From a virus, in IMG/VR virus record IMGVR_UViG_3300046690_000339, positions 1-64,000 of that record: a DNA stretch of 64,000 bases; one strand, 5' to 3'. The notes beneath the pieces are model-generated. The model saw only the letters and a program-made list of their open reading frames with translations, did not search any database and was not told where the DNA came from. Positions 19,751-29,019 of the stretch are shown here, piece by piece. Numbering within the stretch: position 1 is the stretch's first letter; every line of letters begins with the position of its first letter. Position numbers and translations under genes: made by a program.

Positions 19751-20179
19751 TTACGCCGCCAAAATCAGACTGCGTCGGCCACCCATTTGTTTTTTATCGA
19801 GCATGGCGTTGATGAATTCAGACCAAACAAGATTGACGATCTCGCCGCGATAGAGCGCCAGCCGTTTCTGCGGCGAGACTAGTTCCGCGCTGAATTGCCA
19901 GCGTCGTCGCGTTAGCGTGTTCGATTTGAGCTTGTGCGCGTTGTCTCCGCGCAGCCAGATATAATCCTGCGCGTACTCTGCATAGCAGAATTGGCGCATT
20001 TGTAATCGCTCGATGCCCGGCACGCGCACGCGCCAGAATGTAGGGATAGTTTCGAGCCTGCCCCACGTCCAGCCGTCGCGCATGACCACGACTGGATCGC
20101 CGCGCTTATAACAGCCACGGCGATCCTTTATCGGGTCGGGGTGTGACGCTGAAATCGCTTTGATGAGAAGTTCGGCCAA
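19751..20179 (-). CDS. conserved phage protein
   Basis: MAELLIKA...YKRGDPVVV.DGWTWG.E motif. Confidence 0.6.
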   Translation of the reverse strand: MAELLIKAISASHPDPIKDRRGCYKRGDPVVVMRDGWTWGRLETIPTFWRVRVPGIERLQMRQFCYAEYAQDYIWLRGDNAHKLKSNTLTRRRWQFSAELVSPQKRLALYRGEIVNLVWSEFINAMLDKKQMGGRRSLILAA

Positions 20180-20180
20180 T

Positions 20181-21038
20181 TTAATTTTTAAAACAGGAGC
20201 ACGTCGGGCAATGCTGTTGCTCGTGAACTCGCGCTCCCGGTGGTTGTTGCTTTACCCATAACTCTAAATTCTCTGGTCTATTATCACTTCGGATTCCGTT
20301 CCTGTGATGTACTTGCTCCTGCGGCAGCAAATAGCGTCCAAGTTGTTTTTCCATGATTAGGCGATGCTCGAAGACGTAATTTTTGCCAATTGTATTTTTC
20401 CTCGATGGATGGTCCGGGCACCACGTTAAAATATATCCACGGCGATCAGGCCTACTGCCGCCCTTCCAACTTTTGCTTTTAGAGCCTTTGTATCGTCCAG
20501 GATTTAATGCGTTTACAGCCTTCAATCCACAACTCCTAGAGCAATGCAATTGCTTGCGCGAATGGAATACATTGGCAAGAAATCTTTTGCTACAGATAGC
20601 GCATTTCTTAATTGATGCGCGTGAACGTTTATGAGGTTTTGTCCCTCCAGCCAAATACCACCATTGCCCTTTGTCGTCTTGCGAGTATCGCGGGTTATCC
20701 GAATTGATGAGCTTTTCAAATTTTCCTTGTTTAGTCGTGCTTGGCTTGCTTGCGTGCATCTCAGTAGCCGCGCAAACATGAGAACAAAATTTAGTCGTCG
20801 GTTTATGCGGAAAAAATTCTCTACCGCAGCCAACGCAATTAACTGTCTCATGTTCACCGTAAACGCTCTTTCGCTTACATTGCTCAGAGCAGAATTGGAT
20901 TTTCCGCCAGTTAATAAACTTCGCGTTACAAAATTCGCAGCGAAATACTTTACCGCGAATTCGACGACCATCGCTGAATGTATGCCACCAGTCACCGTCT
21001 TCATCTTGTGCAAACTCAACTGTTTTCGATCCGCGCAT
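20181..21038 (-). CDS. HNH homing endonuclease with multiple Zn fingers
   Basis: WKGG...GY...EHRLIME..LGR.L...E.VHHRNG..DNRPENLEL; GGAGG SD before ATG 21038. Confidence 0.9.
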   Translation of the reverse strand: MRGSKTVEFAQDEDGDWWHTFSDGRRIRGKVFRCEFCNAKFINWRKIQFCSEQCKRKSVYGEHETVNCVGCGREFFPHKPTTKFCSHVCAATEMHASKPSTTKQGKFEKLINSDNPRYSQDDKGQWWYLAGGTKPHKRSRASIKKCAICSKRFLANVFHSRKQLHCSRSCGLKAVNALNPGRYKGSKSKSWKGGSRPDRRGYILTWCPDHPSRKNTIGKNYVFEHRLIMEKQLGRYLLPQEQVHHRNGIRSDNRPENLELWVKQQPPGARVHEQQHCPTCSCFKN

Positions 21039-21106
21039 GGGAGCACCTCCGGCTAAAAGATGCTCCCACGAATATCTCTTTACTAATGCTAAGTCAAACA
21101 GTTTAC

Positions 21107-21601
21107 CTATGCAAGTGTAAACACGCCCGTTGCAGCCGGTAATATCGTCAGAGTGTTCGGGCTCGTGATGGTAAACGCCGCGGTCGATAGCGTGCAGAAA
21201 CAAAGCACCTTGCCCGCGCCCGCGCCCGACGATGTCCGAATCAGTGCATACTTGATGTTAGTCAAGCTCGCGCCGCTCGCCGTGAAGACAAGCCCGACTG
21301 TGGAGTAAGTAAATTTTAGTTGCTTAGTAGAAGCGCCGGTTGTCCACGTGCCAGTAGCGGGTAGCAGGTTGCGGCCGCCTGCAACGTATCCGCCTGTTGC
21401 GCTGATATCGCCGGGAACGGAGGCGAACGTGGAGATCCCGCCGATCGAGACTTTGAGGATGGCAGCCGATGCCGATGCGCGATGCAGCGACATTTTAAAG
21501 ACGCCAACGCCGAGCGTGATGCCGCCCGAGGTCATCGCGGCGCCGCCGGTGCCGATTATTTTCTTTGCCTTGGTATAAATTTTCCATGTTCCAGCAGCCA
21601 T
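21107..21601 (-). CDS. conserved virion/fibre-module protein
   Basis: W.IY..AK...GGYVAGG...TLTI...GVFTLA motif. Confidence 0.65.
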   Translation of the reverse strand: MAAGTWKIYTKAKKIIGTGGAAMTSGGITLGVGVFKMSLHRASASAAILKVSIGGISTFASVPGDISATGGYVAGGRNLLPATGTWTTGASTKQLKFTYSTVGLVFTASGASLTNIKYALIRTSSGAGAGKVLCFCTLSTAAFTITSPNTLTILPAATGVFTLA

Positions 21602-21604
21602 TGT

Positions 21605-21643
21605 GAAACTCCTTTTCCGATTTGCACCGGGTTAAGGAGCTTC
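21605..21643 (-). promoter_or_regulatory. hairpin sequestering the SD of the 21601 gene
   Basis: GAAGCTCCTT pairs with AAGGAGTTTC; inner stem closed by a GCAA tetraloop. Confidence 0.6.
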
Positions 21644-21671
21644 ATGGCGATGCCGAACTGCTCGTTAATAT

Positions 21672-21869
21672 TCATCTGCGTCTGATTATCTGATGGATTA
21701 CGGACTCATCTTGTTTTTCGAACTCGTCGGATGGCTTAGTTCTAGTCACCCCGCCTATCTCCATCTTCGTCACGCCGTTCTGATAGCATTCCAACTCGAT
21801 AACCACCTTGCCCGTCGGCGGCGCTACGAACTTGCGGATGGTTTCGTGAACCCAATTGGGTAAGTTCAT
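21672..21869 (-). CDS. small DUF2292-like protein
   Basis: TGKVVIELECYQNGVTKME pattern. Confidence 0.5.
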   Translation of the reverse strand: MNLPNWVHETIRKFVAPPTGKVVIELECYQNGVTKMEIGGVTRTKPSDEFEKQDESVIHQIIRRR

Positions 21870-23389
21870 TAGTCCAGCTTGATCTCTTGTATCTCAGCCT
21901 GCGCCGCCCCGACCTGCAAAATATGGCTCAACAATCCATCGCCCTTCACATCAAGCTCGATCTCATCGCCAAGATACTTGATCAGGTCTAAAAATTCATG
22001 CGCCTGCGATATCATCCAAGTATGACAATGAAACAACCGCCCACCCGGATCGACTATCACTGGCAACACTAACTCTGCGTCGTTTTCTTTCTGCTCATAG
22101 GCGTGGTGAACATATTGCAAATCATAAGCCGGCTGGCCGGCCAGCTTGCCATTTCTGTACTGTCGAACTTCGGCTTTATATTCCGGCGACTCGTATTCTT
22201 GCAGGCACGAATCGCACCCGTATAGAATAAACTTCCTATAGCCAAGCATGCGCATTAAAGGAATCGCCCTGAGCAATACCGTCGAGCCACCGGGAATCGA
22301 CCACCAACGGAGCGGGTAGGCTTCCTGCAATATGTCCTGAATCATTTCCGCCGTGGTGTGCCAGATGAAGGTCCGCTCCTTCGGCAGATGCTCAAACACC
22401 GAAGGGTCGCACTGCGAGGAAATGAGATATTTGCAGCCATCCACAATAGGGTCGACAAACCGCGCATTAAACGCCCGCGCATCAACGACGATCTGCGCCG
22501 AAGGGGTGATGCCGTGACGCACTGCCCAGTTATATGCTCCGTTGAGCGTGAGCAATTTCACCCCGTCGGCGCGATTCTTTTTGATTTCGTCTTCAAACGC
22601 CGCCATGGATGGGCCGCCGCCCAAAATCATGCACTCAAAATCATTGCCCTCGTGAGGCTGGCATGGCGTCCAGCCCTGCGCGCAATTGTGCCGGACATTG
22701 GCGCGTATCTGTTCCTGCTCGGTATTCAAGACGCCATGCTCGACGATCGCTTTGCCGTCTTGCCATGCGGTGACATAGAACTGGGCCGACCCATTGTCCT
22801 GTTGTGACCAATGGATAACACAGTCGCGCGCCTCAAACTGTTCCTTCCACCAGTCGAAGGGATGTACCGACAGGTGCAGGGTTTCACCGATCATGCCGCC
22901 GCAGGAATCATCAAACATAGCGATTGAAAACCAGACGTGCTGCGCGGCTTTTAGAATATTGTCAAGCACGACGCCGACCTTGTCGGGCGGGATATGTTCC
23001 ATGACATCCGTGCAGAAACCAAACTCGGCTGTTACCGGAATAGTTTTTTCTAAGTCCGCTTTGATGAAATACAATTTCGGGTCTGGACCATCGACTATTT
23101 CTTTAACGGCTGGATCAAGGCAATTCCGCACAAAGTCGATCATCGTCACTTGCAAACCAGCCTGCGCGAGCTTGGCGCCGCCGCGGCCCGTACCGCAACC
23201 GAAGTCGATCACCTTCGCCCCTTGGGCCGGCTTGGCGGTCAACATGAAGATGGTGGCAAAAAACTCGCCCGGCGCCATTGCGCGATATTCCGCCCGCTCC
23301 CACATGCGGCCATACTTCTGCGCCTCGGGATTGCCCGGCGTGACCTTCACTTCTGGCGCGTAGCCTTGCCACAGTTCGTTGGTCGTCAT
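21869..23389 (-). CDS. SAM methyltransferase fused to a DUF115/Maf-like (MptE-like) domain
   Basis: DFGCGTG and DVMEHIP, then ILGGGPS...LNGA...VVDAR...GGSTV...GCDS. Confidence 0.8.
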   Translation of the reverse strand: MTTNELWQGYAPEVKVTPGNPEAQKYGRMWERAEYRAMAPGEFFATIFMLTAKPAQGAKVIDFGCGTGRGGAKLAQAGLQVTMIDFVRNCLDPAVKEIVDGPDPKLYFIKADLEKTIPVTAEFGFCTDVMEHIPPDKVGVVLDNILKAAQHVWFSIAMFDDSCGGMIGETLHLSVHPFDWWKEQFEARDCVIHWSQQDNGSAQFYVTAWQDGKAIVEHGVLNTEQEQIRANVRHNCAQGWTPCQPHEGNDFECMILGGGPSMAAFEDEIKKNRADGVKLLTLNGAYNWAVRHGITPSAQIVVDARAFNARFVDPIVDGCKYLISSQCDPSVFEHLPKERTFIWHTTAEMIQDILQEAYPLRWWSIPGGSTVLLRAIPLMRMLGYRKFILYGCDSCLQEYESPEYKAEVRQYRNGKLAGQPAYDLQYVHHAYEQKENDAELVLPVIVDPGGRLFHCHTWMISQAHEFLDLIKYLGDEIELDVKGDGLLSHILQVGAAQAEIQEIKLD

Positions 23390-23399
23390 GTTTCCTCTG

Positions 23400-24029
23400 T
23401 CAATTCGGATCAGGCAAAGAATTCGGATTGACCGGCTGTAACTTTTCCATGTCGCTGAATCGCGGCATGAGGCCAACCATTGAACGTGAAACGGCTTTGA
23501 CGGCAGCGTTAGTTTTTGAAAGCAATACCGCGCCCTGCGGCGTAACACGATCGGTCGGTATGTGATAAATCCGCTTCGACGTAATGGCGATCAGGTACTC
23601 GCCCTCGGCGTCCAATATTAAAGCCCCGCCTTCGGCGAAGGCATTTGCGCGAGCGTCCGGTTTAATTATCCCTAAAACTTGTAAAAGAAAATTCACGCCG
23701 GCTGCCAATCCAGTAATGATACCGGAGCCTGCGCCCGCAGCACCCGCAGCAACAGCACCCGTACTCAAAGCCGCAACAGTAATCGCGCCGCTCGTGGCTA
23801 GGACTTCCGTGTTCATGGATCTCACGCCCCACTTATCCAGCACGGTGTGTGCATAGCGCATGATTCCCAAATCCGAAAGGCTGGTCTTTGCCAGCGGATC
23901 GACGGCTCCGCCTTTGGGCTCAAGCTGGTCCATGATCGAGGGCGTCTGCATCGAAGCGCAGCCGGCCATGCTCAAGAGAATCGCCAGCGCCAAGGCGACC
24001 GCATAGGCGATGAAGCTTGCCTGTTTCAT
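23400..24029 (-). CDS. lipoprotein
   Basis: Signal peptide with MAGC lipobox. Confidence 0.6.
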   Translation of the reverse strand: MKQASFIAYAVALALAILLSMAGCASMQTPSIMDQLEPKGGAVDPLAKTSLSDLGIMRYAHTVLDKWGVRSMNTEVLATSGAITVAALSTGAVAAGAAGAGSGIITGLAAGVNFLLQVLGIIKPDARANAFAEGGALILDAEGEYLIAITSKRIYHIPTDRVTPQGAVLLSKTNAAVKAVSRSMVGLMPRFSDMEKLQPVNPNSLPDPN

Positions 24030-24221
24030 TTAGCCCTCACTTGGCGGCAATAATATCCTCGTAAACCTTATAAATGATTTCAGATTCGGTCATGCAATTT
24101 CCAAATGTAGCGCAGGATAAGACACGAGAGCAGGAGCAACAAAATAATAAGCCAGTTGTCGAGTACGACATTCAATGCGCTGACGACGAAGATTACAAAC
24201 AAGTACCATAGGTCTTTCATG

Positions 24222-24461
24222 TCATCCGTTTGGCGGCGGTTCACCCTTGAGCTTCGCCGATGATTCCGGCGTTTGCTTTAAAGCCTGTTGGATAGTACGC
24301 GCCGCCGATACGAGGCCGCCGACTGCTGCGAGCAACCACACCGGATTGCTAGGCATCGTCACTTCTTTAGTCGCGACCATAGCCGTTGTAAGACCGGTCC
24401 CGCCTGTAATGACGGCGTCAGTTAGGGCACTGATGAGAAGAATAATCCATTCGATCTTCAT
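24222..24461 (-). CDS. holin-like membrane protein
   Basis: Two hydrophobic segments and a charged C-terminus. Confidence 0.45.
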   Translation of the reverse strand: MKIEWIILLISALTDAVITGGTGLTTAMVATKEVTMPSNPVWLLAAVGGLVSAARTIQQALKQTPESSAKLKGEPPPNG

Positions 24462-24464
24462 GGA

Positions 24465-24665
24465 TTAGACCTTCCACCAATTATCGAATCGGCCCTGCAA
24501 TGCGCCGATGATTGCCAACAGACCGAGAATCACGAACACGACTTTCAAAATATCAATAGGCACGCTTAGGCCGAGCATCGCTAAAACCCAGATGACTACG
24601 TAATAGGCCAGCACCACGAACGCGAGAGCCAACAGCACTTGGAGCACCCGAATAAATAAACTCAT
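24465..24665 (-). CDS. small membrane protein
   Basis: Two TM helices. Confidence 0.55.
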   Translation of the reverse strand: MSLFIRVLQVLLALAFVVLAYYVVIWVLAMLGLSVPIDILKVVFVILGLLAIIGALQGRFDNWWKV

Positions 24666-24994
24666 GAGTTCTCCTTGTTATCTTTGTCTCTTTCCTCTTC
24701 CGCTATTTCCGCTCTAGCCAATCCCCTGCCTTCCACTAAAGCAAGTTTGCGGGTAGTATCGACTAAGGCGTCTTTGATAGAATTTGTGTTTTTTTCCAAA
24801 TCGCGAAAACTGTCGGCTAAATCATTAAACTTAAAAGCTACAACGACTGTCGTAAGCGTCATCAAAACCATTGCGCCAAGGATTATCATTGAGACAATAA
24901 AGGCTTGGTAAGCTGATTGAGCCGCGCTATTCGCCGCTACGGCTGCACTAATAATCGCTTCAGGATTAGCTAGAGATTGAACTAAAATATTCAT
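24662..24994 (-). CDS. membrane protein with coiled coil
   Basis: TM segment followed by LEKNTNSIKDALV. Confidence 0.55.
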   Translation of the reverse strand: MNILVQSLANPEAIISAAVAANSAAQSAYQAFIVSMIILGAMVLMTLTTVVVAFKFNDLADSFRDLEKNTNSIKDALVDTTRKLALVEGRGLARAEIAEEERDKDNKENS

Positions 24995-25293
24995 CTTACC
25001 GGCCTCGCATTCTCATAGAGAAATTTCGGCACGCAGCTATAAAGATCGACGGGCATCTTGCTCCAATCCAACGGCTCGCCTTTAGGCAGCGTATAGATAA
25101 ACAAGTTGAGCTTTATCATACACACGATCTGATCGTGTTCGTCGCTGCGCTTTGAATGCTCCCAAAACGTCAATCCTGCCTCGGCTAATATAGTGATAAA
25201 CAAAAACGTAATAAGCGCGTCTCTGCCAATGAGCTTGAAACCGAATAGACCGGTTTTAAATTCTGCGCTATTTTGTGCGTCTCCATTCGCCAT
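24991..25293 (-). CDS. membrane protein, paralog A
   Basis: WEH..R..EH...C..KLNLF..TLPKG...W...P...SC.PK shared with the neighbouring gene. Confidence 0.6.
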   Translation of the reverse strand: MANGDAQNSAEFKTGLFGFKLIGRDALITFLFITILAEAGLTFWEHSKRSDEHDQIVCMIKLNLFIYTLPKGEPLDWSKMPVDLYSCVPKFLYENARPVR

Positions 25294-25337
25294 TTATCCT
25301 ACTAAAAAAAGCCACCACTATTTAAAGCTGACGTTTT

Positions 25338-25655
25338 TCAACGAATACTTTTTCGCTCATCAATGAAATTCTTCGGCATACAAGACCAATATTCCTGCGG
25401 AATATCCTGCCAACCGATTGCTTGACCCTTCGGCAATGTTTGGGAAAAGAGATTTAATTTACTGGTGCAGATTACCGCATCCATCTTTATTCTAACCGAT
25501 TCATTTTCTACCCGAATTAACGATTCAAGCGCTCGGTGCTCTTCTTTGCGGTTGGCATGTTCCCAGATTCCCATTACTGTAAGCGCGCTTATAACGACCA
25601 CGATAAACACTGTTCCGGCTGCGCTCCAAATATCCGTTGTGTTCGCCAATACCAA
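25338..25655 (-). CDS. membrane protein, paralog B
   Basis: Same motif as 24991..25293. Confidence 0.6.
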   Translation of the reverse strand: MVLANTTDIWSAAGTVFIVVVISALTVMGIWEHANRKEEHRALESLIRVENESVRIKMDAVICTSKLNLFSQTLPKGQAIGWQDIPQEYWSCMPKNFIDERKSIR

Positions 25656-25965
25656 CGTTCACGTCCTCGACAGCAACATTTCGAGCTGACTCTTTTTCCG
25701 GTTCAAGGCGGCAATTTGTTCCTTGGTCGCCTTCAGTTCCGCCTGTAGTTTCTTCCGTTCCTTCGCCGTCATGCTGCACGGTCCACTTGATCGCGTTCCA
25801 AGCCTCTCAGGATTGCCCGCCGCTCGAAATCCTCGATCCATTTCAGCCGGATCATGATCCACTTGATTCTCTCCTCGGCATATTCAAGCCGGATTGCCAG
25901 CGATGTTTTCTCATGCGGTATCGGTCCAGTAGCGGCCTCCATCAAGGCGTCTATATCGAAATGAT

Positions 25966-26274
25966 TCACCTTAGCTTTAACCCGCCCGGCGCATTCGGCG
26001 CCTTGGCGCTATTCGGTCCCGATACATACTCACAAGCCCCAATGTCCGGCGCTGCTCCCGACCATTCCTGGCATCCGCTTGGATCAGGCCCCGGCGCCGG
26101 GCAATGAAAGCCGGCGATCCATGCACCCTTGTCCATCAGCGTGTCACCGGGTTTCGGCAGCAAGTCCGCCGTCACGCATTCCACAGGACCAACCCATACA
26201 TAAACCCCATCGGTCCACATGTTGGTCGATCCTGGCAGAAGCGTAACGGCGGCGGCTAGCATCAGTCCGATCAC
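25966..26274 (-). CDS. small secreted protein
   Basis: Hydrophobic N-terminus, APDIGACEY, and a C-terminal PNAPGGLKLR. Confidence 0.5.
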   Translation of the reverse strand: MIGLMLAAAVTLLPGSTNMWTDGVYVWVGPVECVTADLLPKPGDTLMDKGAWIAGFHCPAPGPDPSGCQEWSGAAPDIGACEYVSGPNSAKAPNAPGGLKLR

Positions 26275-26492
26275 GGCACATTCGCTGCCAAGGCGTCGGC
26301 GACCGCCTGATCATTCGAGTTCACACTGTTGAACACGCCGTCAATTGCCGCTTGCTGAGCAGGGGTTAATTGACCAACCTTAGAAAGCGCGTCCACTAAC
26401 GCGGCTTTCAAGGTCGTAGTAAGCGCGACAAGCGAGCCGGTGTCGGTCGTTTCCTTTGAAACAGCCGCGACAACATCATCAATTGTAGCCAT
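26271..26492 (-). CDS. small helical phage protein
   Basis: AGGAGG SD; MATIDDVVAAV...ALAANVP. Confidence 0.55.
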   Translation of the reverse strand: MATIDDVVAAVSKETTDTGSLVALTTTLKAALVDALSKVGQLTPAQQAAIDGVFNSVNSNDQAVADALAANVP

Positions 26493-26711
26493 AATTTGTT
26501 TCCTCCTTTCGCCGACACCGAGCCGGCTATTTATTATTTTTGAGCGCTTCGTCCACCTTGGGGTCATTTTCCTGAAGCGCAGCAAACATGAAATCCAGTT
26601 TCGATTGATCCTCCGGACTCACATGGGTTTTGCCGAATAGATCCAATACAAATTTCGCAAAGCGCATAAATTCATCGACGGTCAATCTGCCCGGCTCCTG
26701 CGGATGGTCCA

Positions 26712-27152
26712 TTAGCATTTCCTCTCAAATTCCATGGCAGCCTTAAACAGTTCGGCTTTCACTTCAGGCCGCCAAACATAAGGCGCGCCGATATAGTTGG
26801 CACGCATAGCGGCGCGAGCTTTCGCTCCGACCCGCTGCCATATTTTTCTTATCAAGTCCCGATTGACGATTTCCCCTTCGATGGATTTTGTGATGTGCTC
26901 GTATTCGCGCGGTTCGACTAGAATCGGTTTGTCGTGTTTACTCTTGCGATGCTCAGTTTTACCAAACTCCAAATATTTCCAAGCCTGCCGAACTGCGTCG
27001 ATTGGATCTTTACCCCGCCATTCCGCAAATAGTGCTTCCTGCATAAAGTCGCTAAACGTCTCTCGATAATCGCTTTGCGTTCGACTCGCCCATTTCTTTG
27101 CCCACTTACGAATAAATGTCATCTGCTCCGCAGTCACTGCGGATAAACCCAA
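26712..27152 (-). CDS. sigma-70 region 2-like protein
   Basis: IRKWAKKW...FSDFMQEALFAEW resembles sigma region 2. Confidence 0.4.
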   Translation of the reverse strand: MGLSAVTAEQMTFIRKWAKKWASRTQSDYRETFSDFMQEALFAEWRGKDPIDAVRQAWKYLEFGKTEHRKSKHDKPILVEPREYEHITKSIEGEIVNRDLIRKIWQRVGAKARAAMRANYIGAPYVWRPEVKAELFKAAMEFERKC

Positions 27153-27490
27153 TTTCCATCGATCTTGAATACCGTTTCGTTGCTGGCATCGCCGAGCGGA
27201 TCGACAGAATCGCTATCATTGGCGCCCATCGCGATGCAATAATAAATACCGTTTACCCGCGGCACGACCTGCCAGACGTATAAGGAAGTCGACGTGCTGG
27301 TCGTCTTTGCAAAGCGCGTGTATTGTCCGGGCGCGGTTCCACAGGAGAGCTGAAAATATTTCGTCCAGCTATCCGGCACCCACTGCCAGTAAAACCGCGC
27401 CTGGTTATAATTGCGCGGCTCTGCCTCGACGAATGATGCCAGCAGGGCAACGAGCAGAACGGTAAAACCGAAAAACCGCACCTGCTTCAT
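27134..27490 (-). CDS. secreted FN3-like protein
   Basis: Signal peptide; CGTAPGQY...GIYYC...SNE. Confidence 0.6.
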   Translation of the reverse strand: MKQVRFFGFTVLLVALLASFVEAEPRNYNQARFYWQWVPDSWTKYFQLSCGTAPGQYTRFAKTTSTSTSLYVWQVVPRVNGIYYCIAMGANDSDSVDPLGDASNETVFKIDGNWVYPQ

Positions 27491-27894
27491 CTGACGATCA
27501 AATTAGTCGGCGCGTTAGACGGCAGCGGCGGGATAACCGGCGTCGTCCAGCATGCTTGAGGACTCGGCGCGCTAGGCGCGGCGGTATTGACCGCCAGCAC
27601 GTCCCAGCAATGGGCGACGTTTCCTGCATCCGTAAAAACATTCTGAAAAGTTACGACCGGTACATTGACCGTACCGATCTGGGTTTTTGCCCCGGCACCA
27701 TCCGCACGTCGGATCGAATAACTAGCCGGCGCGTCATGGGTGGCATCGGCTACTGAAGCCGTCCAATCCAATGTCGCCGTACAGTTTTGGCTTGTAGCAC
27801 TAACGCGCGTGCAGGTCTTTTGCGCCTCGGCATTGGACACCATCCATAAAAAGGCGATGACGAATCCGACAAGAGGCAACCAAGCTTTTGTCAT
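27487..27894 (-). CDS. secreted FN3-like protein
   Basis: Signal peptide; LDWTAS...Y.I.R...C.DVLAVN...SAPS. Confidence 0.6.
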   Translation of the reverse strand: MTKAWLPLVGFVIAFLWMVSNAEAQKTCTRVSATSQNCTATLDWTASVADATHDAPASYSIRRADGAGAKTQIGTVNVPVVTFQNVFTDAGNVAHCWDVLAVNTAAPSAPSPQACWTTPVIPPLPSNAPTNLIVR

Positions 27895-27920
27895 ATATTT
27901 CCTTTCTCTGCGTAAACAAT

Positions 27921-27959
27921 AAAAAAGGCCGGGAAGCTATTACGCTCCACCGGCCTCTT
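27921..27959 (-). terminator. intrinsic terminator
   Basis: AGGCCGG...CCGGCCT stem followed by a U-tract. Confidence 0.75.
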
Positions 27960-27998
27960 GGACCTGAAAGACTTAAACCGAACGGCCTCTATGGGCCT

Positions 27999-28226
27999 TT
28001 AGTTCTTACGGGGTTGGTCGTCTATCGGTGTTGCCTCCACGGTAAACACCACCATAAATTTGCAGCGGCACCGGATCTCGCCCACCAACACGCCCTTAAA
28101 CCACAGCCTGTCGCATTTCGGACATCTGACTTCGGGCAGGCCATCACCCCCGCTTATACAGGAAACCGCCTGGCTTTGCACATCTATCTTTCGCCTCGGA
28201 TTTTCTACCATGACCCCTTGTTCCAT
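27999..28226 (-). CDS. Mu Com-like zinc-ribbon regulator
   Basis: EVRCPKCDRLWFKG...EIRCRCK. Confidence 0.65.
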   Translation of the reverse strand: MEQGVMVENPRRKIDVQSQAVSCISGGDGLPEVRCPKCDRLWFKGVLVGEIRCRCKFMVVFTVEATPIDDQPRKN

Positions 28227-28347
28227 GCAGTTTTGCTCCTTAAAATCTTAACAGGCCTGGGCGGGTGGGATAGACAAGGGCCTCATATCGCGGGAATTGC
28301 GCCCGGATTACTGATTTGGCTCGTTCTATCCGCCCGCTTCTCACTCG

Positions 28348-28752
28348 TCAGCTTGCGCTGACTACTCTCACATTGGTGCCGTCACAGTAAAGAATCTTAG
28401 TATCGCCATTCGCCAGCGCGATCCCGGTGCCGGCTGCGGTTTTGACGGTCGCATTAAAACCGCCCGTTGCTTCATGTTTGAAGATATAAAGCTTCACGTT
28501 ATCCGGCACGATGATATTTCGCGCGCCGGTCATGGCACCGGATAGCACGAAGAAAACATTGCGCAGCGCCTTGTAAAGATTGGAGGCGGTATCCTGATCG
28601 CTGCCGGTTGTCAGATCGATATCGGCCACCGTGACGGTGATCAGGCCGAGCCCGCTGATCGCCGCTATCGCCTGCGCCAGCCCGGTGTTCGCCTGAATGT
28701 AATTCAGATTCGTGTTTTGGCTGACTTCCTGAGTATCTAAATTGTTCGCCAT
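28348..28752 (-). CDS. tail fibre-associated protein
   Basis: GAMTGARNIIVP...LYCDGTNV motif. Confidence 0.6.
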   Translation of the reverse strand: MANNLDTQEVSQNTNLNYIQANTGLAQAIAAISGLGLITVTVADIDLTTGSDQDTASNLYKALRNVFFVLSGAMTGARNIIVPDNVKLYIFKHEATGGFNATVKTAAGTGIALANGDTKILYCDGTNVRVVSAS

Positions 28753-28762
28753 CTTAATCCTT

Positions 28763-29017
28763 TTAGGTGACTACATAGACATGACAGGTATCATTTGAGC
28801 CCGGCACAAAATTGCGCGTGACTACGATCCGCGCCATTTGAGTAAGATCCAGACGAGCAGGCGGCCGCGTAACAGTCACCCTGGCCATCTGTGTCGCTGT
28901 CACCGGGACATTTGCCCGAGTGACGGCAATACGCGCTAACTGAGTTGCATCAACCGGCGAGGATGGATCGGTCGTGACTGCGACCCGCGGCTGTTGCGTT
29001 GTTACAATGTTGGGCAT
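28763..29017 (-). CDS. small repeat protein
   Basis: Three to four copies of TQ(L/M)AR(I/V)xVTR. Confidence 0.55.
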   Translation of the reverse strand: MPNIVTTQQPRVAVTTDPSSPVDATQLARIAVTRANVPVTATQMARVTVTRPPARLDLTQMARIVVTRNFVPGSNDTCHVYVVT

Positions 29018-29019
29018 CT

